Shown here: piece after piece, positions 9,884 to 23,945 of the stretch
Layout: every line of letters begins with the position of its first letter
Numbering within the stretch: the stretch's first letter is position 1
Sequence record: MK562504.1
Source: Enterobacteria phage CHB7
Direction: 5' to 3' (one strand)
Length of the DNA stretch: 64,000 bases
Made by a program: the position numbers and the translations under genes
Notes under the pieces: generated by a model
What the model was told of the DNA's origin: nothing
The model's database searches: none
What the model saw: the letters and a program-made list of their open reading frames with translations, nothing else

Positions 9884-10780
9884 ATGTCACAAGCAGATGT
9901 AAGCTACAAAAATATTCTGAACCACGTTTTAACAGTTGGCGAGCAGCGTAAAACCCGAACTGGTTCTGTAATTTCAACGTTCTCACCCCCAGAGTTTCGT
10001 TTTGATATGCGTACTGGTTTTCCTTTACTAACCTCTAAACAGGTTCTGACCAGACAAGTTATCGGAGAAGCTTTATGGTTCTTGAATGGTGAGAATAAAC
10101 TTGGTCATCTTCGCTATCGTACTTGGGGAGAAAATGATGGAGAACGTTGGACAATTTGGACAAATGACTTCGAGCGATGGCTTAAAACAACGTATGCAAG
10201 TGAGCAAGATTGGCTTGATGATGCAGGTGGACGAATCTACGGTGTACAGTGGAGAGCCTCAGAAGGTCATGGTGGCGTTACAGTTGACCAGCTAGATAAT
10301 CTGATTACCAAGATGAAAAAGTCTCCTACAGACCGTTACATGCTGGTTAATGCTTGGAATGCTGCTGATATATCAGCTAATGCAATGGCTTTACCACCTT
10401 GTCATGTGCTTTTCCAGATTTACATCTCAAATACTGGTGAAGTTGATTTAAAATGGTATCAACGTTCTGTAGACAGCTTCTTAGGTTTACCATTTAACAT
10501 TGCATCTTATGGTTTTATCTTGGAAGTGCTTTGTAAGATGACTGGATACACACCTCGTTATCTGATTGGTACTTTTGGTGATACTCAGATTTATCAAAAC
10601 CATATGAATCAGGTATTCCAGCTTTTAGGTAATGAAGAGTTTCCTGCACCAAAGTTTGAGATTATCCAAGATTTGAAATGTCTGGATGACCTCAAACATA
10701 TGACTGCAAGTGACTTTATCGGTGGTTTCAAAGACTATCGACATGCTGGGAAGATTGAAGCTCCTTTGTCAGTAGGTTGA
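9884..10780 (+). CDS. thymidylate synthase
   Basis: Active-site ALPPCH and DSFLGLPFNIASY motifs; directly downstream of DHFR. Confidence 0.9.
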   Translation: MSQADVSYKNILNHVLTVGEQRKTRTGSVISTFSPPEFRFDMRTGFPLLTSKQVLTRQVIGEALWFLNGENKLGHLRYRTWGENDGERWTIWTNDFERWLKTTYASEQDWLDDAGGRIYGVQWRASEGHGGVTVDQLDNLITKMKKSPTDRYMLVNAWNAADISANAMALPPCHVLFQIYISNTGEVDLKWYQRSVDSFLGLPFNIASYGFILEVLCKMTGYTPRYLIGTFGDTQIYQNHMNQVFQLLGNEEFPAPKFEIIQDLKCLDDLKHMTASDFIGGFKDYRHAGKIEAPLSVG

Positions 10781-10786
10781 TAGATA

Positions 10787-10830
10787 CAAAAAAGGCTCCT
10801 TTTTACGGGAGCCTTAAACTTATTTTTTCT
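10787..10830. terminator. bidirectional rho-independent terminator
   Basis: Hairpin AGGCTCC (10793-10799) / GGAGCCT (10808-10814) flanked by A-run upstream and T-run downstream; sits between convergent genes. Confidence 0.6.
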
Positions 10831-11194
10831 TAGCGTTTTGAGTGTTCTGTTCAGTGATTGCTTGCAAAGCTGATACAGACTGTGCTAGGTTATTAACACT
10901 GTCAGAGAATTTATCAAGGGTTTTGGTCAACTTGGCGTTTTCACCCTTTACGTTCTCTAGCTGAACTTTCTGGTTCTCCATGCCTAATTGCAGGAGTTTC
11001 ATGTCAGACTGCAAATCACGAATAGCTGAATAGTTGCTTTTGTTGTAACTATCAAGCTGTTGTAACTTTGTCGAAACGGAAACTTCCTGCTTCCCACTAG
11101 ACACCTGCATTGTAGTGTACATACCAATTACACTGAAGATACCCACAACAATTGCACCAATGTTATTTTTGAAAGCATCCTCTAACCACTTCAT
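10820..11194 (-). CDS. membrane-anchored coiled-coil protein
   Basis: N-terminal hydrophobic helix IGAIVVGIFSVIGMY followed by heptad-rich region. Confidence 0.5.
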   Translation of the reverse strand: MKWLEDAFKNNIGAIVVGIFSVIGMYTTMQVSSGKQEVSVSTKLQQLDSYNKSNYSAIRDLQSDMKLLQLGMENQKVQLENVKGENAKLTKTLDKFSDSVNNLAQSVSALQAITEQNTQNAKKK

Positions 11195-11388
11195 TCTTTC
11201 TCCCCTTTAAAGGCTTTTTCCAAGTTGTTAACAAATTCATCATCAATAGGCGTATCTGTCTTACTCGCAAGGTATCTTGCAAGTCTGAAGAAGGCTTTCT
11301 CAATCATGTATTCACTCAGAAGGGAAAGTAGAAGTTTCCAGAGGAAGCTACCCAAGTTTTTTAAGAGGATTGCTAGGATAGTCGGCAT
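11191..11388 (-). CDS. small membrane protein
   Basis: 65 aa; N-terminal hydrophobic helix; overlaps downstream gene start. Confidence 0.4.
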   Translation of the reverse strand: MPTILAILLKNLGSFLWKLLLSLLSEYMIEKAFFRLARYLASKTDTPIDDEFVNNLEKAFKGEKE

Positions 11389-11467
11389 TATGTCACCTCA
11401 TCAGCCAAGATGGTGAGAATACCTATGAAAATATTAACACCATCTTAACATTTAGTCAACAAATTGA

Positions 11468-13813
11468 TTATGCCGTTCTAACCCAAGCCATCAATCTGAT
11501 AAACATATTTACAACACTGAATGCAGAACCAGAACCAGTACCACCAGTGTTACCACTCAATGTGTGGCTGTGAGCACCAATACCAACTGTATGCGTGTGA
11601 GCACCAGCGGAAGCAGCAGTACCACTAACTGAGTGGGTGTGAGCACCAGCGGAACCAGTGTTGATGTTCCCATAGTTGGTTTTAGAACCAGCACCAACAT
11701 AACCAGTATATTCACCATTCCACGTCTGGTGAGCAGCCATACCATGAACGTGAGCACCAGCGGAAGCAGCAGTACCTGAAACACCATGTGTGTGAGCACC
11801 AGTGCTGTTGGAGGTCTTAGTACCATAGTCGAAGCTTGATGTTGTCGCTGAGAAGCTATGGGTGTGTGAAGGGATGTTGCCTACAGCTAATGTCACAGTA
11901 TCTGCACCACCAGTAGTTTTAACATCTGAACCGTTTGCTGCACCGATTCTGACAGTTCTACCAACACCTTCATTTAGATACGTCCAAGTTAATCCCGGAA
12001 GGGTAGTGTTAGGGTTCTGGTTAGTTGCAAACCATGTTACAATACCAACTGGATAAATCTTCTTAAGGTCTGTAGAGTTAGTGATAGCAGCAGAAATTTT
12101 AGCATCAGTTTCTGCCTTAGTGTATGCACCTACATCTCCAGCAGATGGTTTATCAGTTGAGGTGTAAATCTTAGACCAATCTACCTCGAACCCAAAAGCG
12201 TCTCTTGAAGACCTGTAGAAGATACCACCATTTTTGTAGTTGAAACGCAACTGTGCAGAAGGGCATGAACCCTGTGCTTGGTAGAGTTGCAGAATCATCT
12301 GTGAACCACCACCAACAAGGACATTATACAGCCCTGACTTAGCATTCCAAGGAACTGCGTTAAAATCTGTTGAAGTATATGCACCAGTTGCACCAGCTAA
12401 CATAAATCTTGAGTTAGCAGCAGACTGTGTAAAGTATCGTGCATCAAAGTTACCCCAATCAGAAGGTTGAACCTGTCCAGTAATTGCCAAAGTTTTGTTT
12501 GCAGTGATTGTTGAGCCAAGTGTTAGCGTTGAACCATCCACATAGTTTGACAAAACAAGGTTGTTATTGTTGGCACTTCCATTACCCACATACCATCTCA
12601 TGGTTCCATCGGAATCAACACCTCTCAAGTAAAGAGCGGCCTGTTTTGTTGCATTTTTCAGCATCAAAGCTTCATTATCAGATGTGATATTTTGCTTTAC
12701 GCTGAAGTTGTTTGTTGCGTTAACTCTTGCCAAACTCGATAGTGTTCCGGCAGGAATAAATCTTGAATCAATATTAGTCCAGTCACTAGGTTGAACCTGT
12801 CCAGTAATTGCAAGACTCTTGTTAACTCTTACCATATTGTCAAGTAATACGTAGGTATCGTTTGAGATATTTGTTAAGACAACTGAGTTGCTACCATCTG
12901 CATAGTTACCTACAGCCCACTTCATAGAAGCATCTGTGTTCTGACCTTCAATATAAAGTGCTTTACCACTTGTCAAGTTCTTAAGAGTTAATCTTGCACC
13001 GTCACCAAGTAACGTTGTAGTCCCTCTGAAGGTGTTGTTTCCAGTAATCGTGTTAGCTGCTGCCAACTGAACAAATCTTTGGTCTGCTGCATCACGAGTA
13101 TAGAATCTTGCATCGAAGTTTGCAAAGTCTGAAGGAACAACCTGTCCAGTAACTTGAAGCTGTTTGTTAATCCCTACAGAGCCAGTGCCAAGAACAATAT
13201 TAGTGTTCTGTTTGGTGTTTGCAATAGTAACATCAGAACCAGAACTCAAGTTACCAATTGTGAATCTTACTGCATTTGCTGTATCACGACCTTCATAATA
13301 CAATGCAGCAGCCGCAGTGTTCTTTAAAGTTAAACCTGCATTGTCTGTCTGAAAAATCTGACTTGCTGTGAAGGTGTTTTGAGTTCCCTTGATAGCAAAC
13401 CTTGCATCATTCTCATCATTAGTTCTCATCCCAAGTTCATTAGGGGATGGCTTATTCAGAGTATGGTAAACTGTTGCATTTCTTGAAGCATCTGCAATAG
13501 TCAGTTTAAGACCATTTGCATTAAGCTTGAAAGTTTTTGCAGTGTCACCGAAGACAATTTCAGAGTTACCTGTTGGGTCAAGTAAATCTTTTCCTCCATA
13601 GGTAAGCTTGACAATCCCTAAATTACCTGTCATGGTTCCACCAACTAATTGCAGAAATCTTTCCAGCTTGAAAGATGCAAGGAAATCTGCATAAGTCATT
13701 CTACGGTCTTCATCACCTAACATCTCAGTTCTTTTCTTAACTCTGACATGTAATAGGTCATCAGAACGAATTTCGTTAATCGAGTTCAGTTCACTCAATT
13801 TAAATTCTGCCAT
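11468..13813 (-). CDS. tail fibre protein with C-terminal tail-collar-like HxH repeat domain
   Basis: 781 aa; C-terminal repeats of GAHTHSVSGTAASAGAHTH and terminal GSGSAF...MAWVRTA; RBS AAGAGG. Confidence 0.8.
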   Translation of the reverse strand: MAEFKLSELNSINEIRSDDLLHVRVKKRTEMLGDEDRRMTYADFLASFKLERFLQLVGGTMTGNLGIVKLTYGGKDLLDPTGNSEIVFGDTAKTFKLNANGLKLTIADASRNATVYHTLNKPSPNELGMRTNDENDARFAIKGTQNTFTASQIFQTDNAGLTLKNTAAAALYYEGRDTANAVRFTIGNLSSGSDVTIANTKQNTNIVLGTGSVGINKQLQVTGQVVPSDFANFDARFYTRDAADQRFVQLAAANTITGNNTFRGTTTLLGDGARLTLKNLTSGKALYIEGQNTDASMKWAVGNYADGSNSVVLTNISNDTYVLLDNMVRVNKSLAITGQVQPSDWTNIDSRFIPAGTLSSLARVNATNNFSVKQNITSDNEALMLKNATKQAALYLRGVDSDGTMRWYVGNGSANNNNLVLSNYVDGSTLTLGSTITANKTLAITGQVQPSDWGNFDARYFTQSAANSRFMLAGATGAYTSTDFNAVPWNAKSGLYNVLVGGGSQMILQLYQAQGSCPSAQLRFNYKNGGIFYRSSRDAFGFEVDWSKIYTSTDKPSAGDVGAYTKAETDAKISAAITNSTDLKKIYPVGIVTWFATNQNPNTTLPGLTWTYLNEGVGRTVRIGAANGSDVKTTGGADTVTLAVGNIPSHTHSFSATTSSFDYGTKTSNSTGAHTHGVSGTAASAGAHVHGMAAHQTWNGEYTGYVGAGSKTNYGNINTGSAGAHTHSVSGTAASAGAHTHTVGIGAHSHTLSGNTGGTGSGSAFSVVNMFIRLMAWVRTA

Positions 13814-13828
13814 TATACAATCCTCTTA

Positions 13829-13851
13829 AAAGGGGCTAAAAAGCCCCTGCA
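13829..13851 (-). terminator. intergenic hairpin (weak terminator/attenuator)
   Basis: AGGGGCT-AAAA-AGCCCCT hairpin followed by 4 U on the minus strand. Confidence 0.35.
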
Positions 13852-13855
13852 ATAA

Positions 13856-14497
13856 TTAAGCAGTTCTTTGCCATACATACAGTACGAAAGATGGCTGTTC
13901 AACGTTGAATGCCTGCCCAGAACCAGTTGACCCTGTTGTACCAGAGTGGGAATGTTCACCTGCTCCAGTGACAGATACAGACACATTGTGATTATGTGAA
14001 CCAATAGCCACTGTGTGACTGTGAGAGCCGATTGCCACTGTATGTGTATGAGCACCAGCATTAGCCGCAGTACCACTCACTGAGTGAGTATGGTTACCAG
14101 CAGCCTGAGTATCAGACCAGTAAGCCACTTTTGGTGTGTAGTCATCACCAGATGTGTAGATACCCCCACCACCAGAGTTAACCTCACCTTCTGGAACCTT
14201 GTGAGTGTGGTTACCAGCAGTTGCCGCAGTACCACTAACCGAGTGTGTGTGAGCACCAGCATTGCTGGTCGTCTTTGTACCATAGTCAAAGGTAGTTGAA
14301 GACTTAGTACCATAGTCAAATGCGCTGATAGACACACTAGTACCGTGTGAGTGACCACCGCCTGTAACATACACTGAGTGAGTGTGAGCAGGAATATTGT
14401 TTGCAGTCAAAGCCACAGTTTGGGAACCAAATGTGGAACCTGCTGGTCTAGCTGCACTGTCCACTAGTACCGTGTGAGTGACCACCGCCTGTAACAT
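13856..14497 (-). CDS. tail fibre, C-terminal portion (tail-collar HxH domain) of a gene split by a 127 bp duplication
   Basis: 213 aa ORF; shares the 42 aa block DSAARPAG...HSHGTS with the upstream ORF; no RBS before its ATG. Confidence 0.55.
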   Translation of the reverse strand: MLQAVVTHTVLVDSAARPAGSTFGSQTVALTANNIPAHTHSVYVTGGGHSHGTSVSISAFDYGTKSSTTFDYGTKTTSNAGAHTHSVSGTAATAGNHTHKVPEGEVNSGGGGIYTSGDDYTPKVAYWSDTQAAGNHTHSVSGTAANAGAHTHTVAIGSHSHTVAIGSHNHNVSVSVTGAGEHSHSGTTGSTGSGQAFNVEQPSFVLYVWQRTA

Positions 14498-14588
14498 ACA
14501 CTGAGTGAGTGTGAGCAGGAATATTGTTTGCAGTCAAAGCCACAGTTTGGGAACCAAATGTGGAACCTGCTGGTCTAGCTGCACTGTC
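14335..14588. repeat. perfect tandem duplication, 2 x 127 bp
   Basis: 14335-14461 and 14462-14588 are identical by direct reading; unit length is not a multiple of 3. Confidence 0.85.
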
Positions 14589-15167
14589 ATAACCCACAAG
14601 TGCTCTACCTTTTGATACTAGCTCCCAAGTACCTCCACAAATCAAGTAAGTGGATGGGTTAGCAGCATTCATAGACAAGTGAATAGTCCCAACTGGATAT
14701 GAAGCCTGAACAGCCCTGTATAGACTATTAACTGCTCTTGCTGTAGCATACTTATCAGCATCTTCATTATATGCGTTAGAAGCTAACCAGTTCTGCACAT
14801 TACCTAAACCGACTTGTGATTTAGTTGTGTTGTGAGGGTTATTCTTATCATTAATGTGAGCCTGAATAAGTTGGTTAACTTCATCAGAAGACATGATTTG
14901 CAAGTTTGCTCTTGCTTCAGCGACGTCAACGATATCTGATAGGTTGTTTGCAGCGACAAGCTGTAAAGCGTTTAATACGTTACCTAATTCAACCTGAACC
15001 TTTGTAACGCCGTGAGGGTTATTTCTCAATGATGCGTGTGGGTCAAGTAATTGTTCAAGTGTACACCTCTTATCCTCAATACCTTGTTTAAGGTGGAAGA
15101 TATCACTTAGCTCAATTGGTAACGATGCTTGAGGCAAGGCACTAATTTGAATTTCACCTACTGCCAT
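14448..15167 (-). CDS. tail fibre, N-terminal portion (truncated after the duplication junction)
   Basis: 239 aa; reads the first repeat copy in frame, then ends GQCS-stop inside the second copy. Confidence 0.55.
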   Translation of the reverse strand: MAVGEIQISALPQASLPIELSDIFHLKQGIEDKRCTLEQLLDPHASLRNNPHGVTKVQVELGNVLNALQLVAANNLSDIVDVAEARANLQIMSSDEVNQLIQAHINDKNNPHNTTKSQVGLGNVQNWLASNAYNEDADKYATARAVNSLYRAVQASYPVGTIHLSMNAANPSTYLICGGTWELVSKGRALVGYDSAARPAGSTFGSQTVALTANNIPAHTHSVYVTGGGHSHGTSGQCS

Positions 15168-15169
15168 TA

Positions 15170-15484
15170 TTAGCCTCCAATAAATTCATAAGTGTACTGG
15201 TTAGTTGTACTTGTTGGAGCAGTCCCTGTCACGGTATTAATAAGGCTCCATCCAGCCGATACTAAATCAGGTTGCTCGGTAGCAAAGCTTCTAACTTCAC
15301 CTACAATAGCTGTTGTCCCATTTGCCCTTTCCAACAAATAGTTTAAAATATAATTATACCACTGACGACCCATTGGCTCACCACGTAGTAAACCTGTTGC
15401 CTGAATCTCAGGAGGTGGTAACACTTTTAACTGGTTACCATCAGCGTCTACATCATCTGTAGCCCATCTTACTGCATCTGCCAT
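15170..15484 (-). CDS. tail/baseplate-associated hypothetical protein
   Basis: 104 aa ORF; position in baseplate module. Confidence 0.5.
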   Translation of the reverse strand: MADAVRWATDDVDADGNQLKVLPPPEIQATGLLRGEPMGRQWYNYILNYLLERANGTTAIVGEVRSFATEQPDLVSAGWSLINTVTGTAPTSTTNQYTYEFIGG

Positions 15485-16341
15485 TATGAACTTCCTTCCT
15501 GTTGAGATTTATCTTTTCTGCCTTTGATGATTTGTGCAACTTCAGCCATTACACCATAACCACCACCTGCGACTGTTTCTTTACCGACGATAAAGTTGTC
15601 GTTACTGTTATTTGTCCTGCTCACATTCAAATAATCTTTTGAAGTGCTTCCAGCAGTTCTGTCAATCCTGAAATAGCCGTCTCTGATACCTGCGTCTGCC
15701 AAGCTACCTAATAAGTTAGCCTCAAGAGAACCACCTGTGTTATTAGTGACAAGACCTTTGTTGTTATCTGTTACAAACCAGTTATCTTTGTCATCAACAA
15801 TAGCTAAGGCTGAGTCAGCAACCTCTACAGGTGTCCAAGCAGTACCATTCAAAGTTACATCTCGTAAGATGACTGCTGAACCAATTGTTGTTGCAGCAAT
15901 CCTTGAAAGTGTGTATGCTGTATCTAGAACGTTATTTCTGGTATTAACACGAATAACAATACCACCAGTCATAGGTGTGATATGCTCAAACACCTGTGAA
16001 AAGGTAGCATTGTATAGTGTCATTACGGCATTTTGAAGAAACGCTGGAGTTGTGTCAGAACGTCTTAGGAAAATCTGGATATACAGCATTGCACGATATG
16101 TGTCATCATCAGCACCGAGTGGTCTTGGTACTTTAATCAAAGCTCCAATATTGTCTAATTGCTGACCAATAGCTGTACGGATATTACGTTCTGTATGCAT
16201 CTGCCAAGTAATATCCTCTAATAATTGTAACTCATCTGTAATAGATTTCAATAGGCTAGTGTAAATAAACTTTTCTTTGAATTGAGTTACAGTTCTTTCA
16301 TCCAATGTTTTGTAATAGACGTCTTCAATCTTTTCAAACAT
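15484..16341 (-). CDS. baseplate protein (gpI-like position)
   Basis: 285 aa; gene order downstream of J-like protein. Confidence 0.5.
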   Translation of the reverse strand: MFEKIEDVYYKTLDERTVTQFKEKFIYTSLLKSITDELQLLEDITWQMHTERNIRTAIGQQLDNIGALIKVPRPLGADDDTYRAMLYIQIFLRRSDTTPAFLQNAVMTLYNATFSQVFEHITPMTGGIVIRVNTRNNVLDTAYTLSRIAATTIGSAVILRDVTLNGTAWTPVEVADSALAIVDDKDNWFVTDNNKGLVTNNTGGSLEANLLGSLADAGIRDGYFRIDRTAGSTSKDYLNVSRTNNSNDNFIVGKETVAGGGYGVMAEVAQIIKGRKDKSQQEGSS

Positions 16342-16343
16342 TG

Positions 16344-17812
16344 TTACTCCTTAGTGATAGTGTACTGGCTGCTTTCCCATACCGTATACTGGTCACCGTC
16401 AACTGTGATTCTTGCTGTGGTATACTGGTCATCTGATGGTGGTACTGCTTGGTTGTTTGAAAGGGCAACTTTGATTTCGTTGATTTCAATACCTTGAATA
16501 ACATCATAGATATAACCATAGATTCTGTTAGGAATCACATCATTACCAACTTTTAGGGTTCTGCCATAGTCATTAATACCCTGCACAATATTTTCATGAA
16601 TATCTGCTTCAGGGATTGTCAAACTTTCTTCATCATAAAGTGAGTAAGACACTTTCACGAATACATACTTTGGTGTTGGTCTACTAAAGTAAACATTGTG
16701 AGCCAAGTTTCCAAGGTCATATGCAGTACCAAAGATGGAACCATAAGCCCTAATACCAGCAGGTTTCGTATCCCAGATAGCTTGAGCAACGTTATCGTTC
16801 TGACCACCTACAACGACAATCTTGAAAGATTTCGGAGGAATACCATCAGGAGTTGTTGTCTCAGTATCGTTTTCAACACCTGAAGCATCTGACACACCCT
16901 GAACTCTCTTGACAGCAGCAACGATAGCATCTAAAGTACCTACACCAGTAACGGTTAAAGATTCTAGGTAACGTTGACGAAGTTCTGTATCAGTTTCTTC
17001 ATCACGTCCTGTTGTTAGGTCGTATCTGTTAAATACACTATCAAGACCATCTACAGTTGTTTCAATCTCAATCAGAGTTCCTGCCAAAGCTGGCATAGCA
17101 CCAACCTCTTCAGCGACTACATCATGAATTGTAGTAATCTTCGTAAAGCTTAAGAATGTCGTTGCAGTAACAACCATAGGGTTTGTTCTGGCAATGATAT
17201 CTCCTTCATCTTTGTAGATTCTTAGAGATGACCCATCATCAATAACTTCAGCTTTTGCAACAATACCACCATTAATAGCATCTGCAAGCTCATTGAGTAA
17301 AGTTGTGATAGTATCTGAAGAAGTTGGTTGATAAGAGAAAACAACGTTATCAATAATAATAACATAGTTTGCATCAGTACGTAAAGAGTTAACTTCTAAG
17401 ACCGCTTCAACACAGTAAGATGGTGTCAAGGTGAACGTAGATACTGGATAGAAAATATTACCAGCAGTACTTCTTAATCTTGTTGTTGCAGGAATTGAAG
17501 CACCAGTCGTACCAGTAAATTCAGCCTGACCTCTAGTAGCTTGAGCAACATATCTGTAGATTGCGTTTAAGGCTGTGATATCATCTAGGTTGAATCCTTC
17601 AGCTTTATCAATGGTGTTGCCATCATAAATCTCAGACAGAACTTCATGGGTATCTGCCAAAGCTCTTGCTACTGATGCTAAGAACAGACCTAACTGGCTG
17701 TCTTCAGATACGTCAAGGTTTGGGGAGATATCTCTTAAAAGTCTTGCTTTGATATTGTCAAAGATTTCTTGATATCTCAATGTTTGTAATCCTGTTGCGG
17801 TTAATCCAGCCA

Positions 17813-17813
<1 letters not shown>
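16344..17813 (-). CDS. baseplate J-like protein
   Basis: 489 aa; size and position typical of gpJ/gp6-like wedge protein (positional inference). Confidence 0.55.
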
Positions 17814-20969
<3,156 letters not shown>

Positions 20970-20970
<1 letters not shown>

Positions 20971-23213
20971 TATTCTTCCTCTGGGTAACTTGAGTTAAGA
21001 AGGATATCTTCTTGGTTCTTGTCCATGATATCAACCGTCTTAGTAGCAATCTGCTTACCATCCAGATTAAATGAGACATTCAGGGTCTGTTTAGTTTGCA
21101 TAGGGAAGCCAGAAGGTGTCATCATCATTGGGGTTTGGTTGAACTTATTGGCAAAGTTATTTAAAGACTCTGACAAGTTGTTCATGATAATATCCCAATT
21201 AGACATTCCATTATCAACAAAGCTACGATTACCTTGAGCATCTACAGAGTATTGCGCAAACTGTAGCTGTCCATTCTGGTCAAAGAACATCGGACGTTTA
21301 GGGTTGGTAATGCTTGATACAGCGTCTTCAAAAGGTTTTGGAAGGTTGACTTCGTTAAATCTACCATTATTCTTACTGTCTGTAGAACCAGACAACATCA
21401 ATGATGACCCGACTGTACCAAGAGCCATTCGGGTTGCTGTGACTCCTGCAACACCTGTAGCTGTTTCTGCTGCTGTAGCTGCACCACCTAAACCAAACTT
21501 CTGCATAATTTTTGCAAAGATACCTTCTTCAAAGATACTCTTAACAAATGCTACAGTACCACCAAAGATTTTTGCAACCTTGTTAATAGCAGCAATTGCA
21601 GCACCAATCATAGCAAAGGTTGAAACGAGTTCAGCAGAATCCTTGATAAGTTTCTGTTGACTTGCATCTAAATCCTTGTACCATGCCATTGCAGAGTAAT
21701 ATAGTGAAGATGTTCTGTACATGATATCTGTTACGAAATCAAGTAAGTTACCAGCACCTTTTAACAGGTAACCAATCACAGTCCCAAGTGCTTCAGCAGT
21801 ACCCATAGAACCTTGTAAGAACATTGCAATGGATTGTGAAAGTTGTGAAATACCATCGCTAGAGTTGTTAAACAATGCAACTAACATGTTATCCCACATA
21901 GACTTTGCTTGACCCATTGAGGTAGCTGTCTGCTTAGATACGGCATTCATGCCACCTGCTGCCTGTACCAACTCAGCCATCTTTTCAGATACCTTTGGCA
22001 GTACATCTTCAGCAAGAAGTTTACCGTCCTTCATCATCTTATCAAGTTCTTGTGGTGTCTTCCCGATAGCGTCAGCAAATAGCTGTACAGCACCTGCCAA
22101 ACGGTCACCTAACTGACCACGAAGTTCTTCAGCCTGAATCTTACCCTTAGAAGCCATCTGTTGGAAAGCAACCATGATACCTTTCAGGTCTTCGTCTGTT
22201 GCACCCCTGATACGGGAGAACATCGCAGCGTTCTTATAGAACTCCTGAGTTCCTTGGAATCCAAGAGCAGGTTGAGCACCAGCAGCAAAGTTTGAGTATT
22301 GCTTCATGGTGTCTGTGTAGTTCTGTCCAATCTGATGAGCGAATGATGCAGCGAACATTCTAGCTTGCTGTGTATCTGCTCCAAAGATAGCTGTTGAGGC
22401 TAACTGTGCAGACTGTCTTTTTACACCTGCATCAATCGTCTTCTGAGCCAGTTCCAAGGCTGCATAAGCTGAAACAAAACCACCAATCATCTGACGTAGA
22501 GATGAGTTAGCTCTTTCCTGAAGCCAAGCTGATTCTCTGACTGACTTGAGTCTAGCATTTTCTGCAATAACCCAACGCTTGGTAACGTCAATGAGCTTTT
22601 TGACTTCCATCTCATATTCACCGACTTTACCAGTTCCCTTATATTTGTTATAAAGACCCTGCAAGTTCCCTCTGAAGGAAGCTGCCATTTGGTTACCTTG
22701 TCCACCAATAGTTTCAAGGCGACGTGTCAGACCAGAATAGAAGTTGTTGTTGAACATTCTTTCCATCTGTCTCTGAGCAATATCAGGTCTTGCAGGTCTT
22801 GGGTTACCACTTCCACCAGTAGGAGGGAAGCCAGTACCACCTTTTCTACCGCCACGAACAGTGACTTTTCCATCAACTTTCAAAGCGTCTCTTAAAGCCT
22901 TGTTAATTTCCTTGGCAGTTTTTCTACCTTGAGTTTCCAGTCTTTTAAGAGATTTAACACCTTGTGAATCAAGGTTAAGGGAGTTGTTGAGTGCTTTATT
23001 GATTCTGCCCGAAGCAGTCTGAGCGTTTTTTACAATTCTGTTTAATGCTTCCTGTGAAGACTTATTAGGTTTCACATCAAAGGCTTTGTTGATATTACGT
23101 TCGATTCGTTGAGCAGACTGCATAGCCATCTTTTCAACTCTCTGCAAACCTTTAACAACCTTTTCACTGAAACCCAACTCCACAATAAAGCTGTCAACTG
23201 TATATTGTGCCAT
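20970..23213 (-). CDS. tail tape measure protein
   Basis: 747 aa; long helical, Ala/Gly-rich central region; downstream of chaperone pair. Confidence 0.8.
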
Positions 23214-23452
23214 TAAATTTTACCTGCCCTTCTAAGTTCGTTATAAGCAATTTCTTCTTTGTATGACCTCTGGATTTCTAAATATTGTCGCAGAGATAAT
23301 AAATCAGAGAAAGTCATTGAGAAGAGTTGGTCGAGTGTTTCTTTACACCCTTCCATACCGTAAATAGCAAGCACAAATTTCATCTCATCTGCTTCTTCAT
23401 AAGTTGCTTCTACAGCCCCATCAGTCAATGGGGTCTGCATAGCACTACTCAT
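23213..23452 (-). CDS. tail assembly chaperone, downstream frame
   Basis: 79 aa; its frame is open upstream into the preceding ORF in the -1 register. Confidence 0.45.
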   Translation of the reverse strand: MSSAMQTPLTDGAVEATYEEADEMKFVLAIYGMEGCKETLDQLFSMTFSDLLSLRQYLEIQRSYKEEIAYNELRRAGKI

Positions 23453-23454
23453 GC

Positions 23455-23865
23455 TTACTGAGAAGTTAGGCTTTTGAAAATGCTTGCTTCGAAAAAACTT
23501 CCGAAATTAGCCTCCAGAGCAAATGCCAAGAAGTCAATAAATTCACCGTAGTTTGCTTGGAAGTATTTATCTACGTTTAGAGGGAAGTCATCTACAGTTG
23601 CACCTTGGAATAGCAGAGCAGCCATTGAGTCAATATCGAGTTCATCAATACGGTCAAAGCAAGCTTCAACTAATTCTTTGAAAGGTACTGCTGTCACACT
23701 TTCTTCACCTTCTTTCTGCTCTTTCCCAGATAAACTTGAAAACATCTGAGCAATTGTCGGTACAACAACTTTACCGAGTTTCATCGACATTTTAATACCA
23801 TCTCTTGCACCCAGCAGGACAATATTCACTTTCTTACCATTAATAATTTTGCATTCTGTCTTCAT
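23455..23865 (-). CDS. tail assembly chaperone
   Basis: 136 aa acidic protein between tube and tape measure. Confidence 0.5.
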   Translation of the reverse strand: MKTECKIINGKKVNIVLLGARDGIKMSMKLGKVVVPTIAQMFSSLSGKEQKEGEESVTAVPFKELVEACFDRIDELDIDSMAALLFQGATVDDFPLNVDKYFQANYGEFIDFLAFALEANFGSFFEASIFKSLTSQ

Positions 23866-23945
23866 TGTGATTCCTTAAATTTCTTAGGTTCTATAAACGA
23901 AAAAAAGGGAAGACCTTTTACAGTCTCCCCCTTATTAGGATGTTC

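Noticed and set aside
9884-10780. Group I intron in the thymidylate synthase gene
   Set aside because: The gene is one uninterrupted 298 aa ORF with the active-site motifs in order.
11468-14588. Diversity-generating retroelement (template/variable repeat) in the fibre genes
   Set aside because: The two 127 bp copies are tandem and identical rather than differing at adenines, and no reverse transcriptase gene is present in the window.
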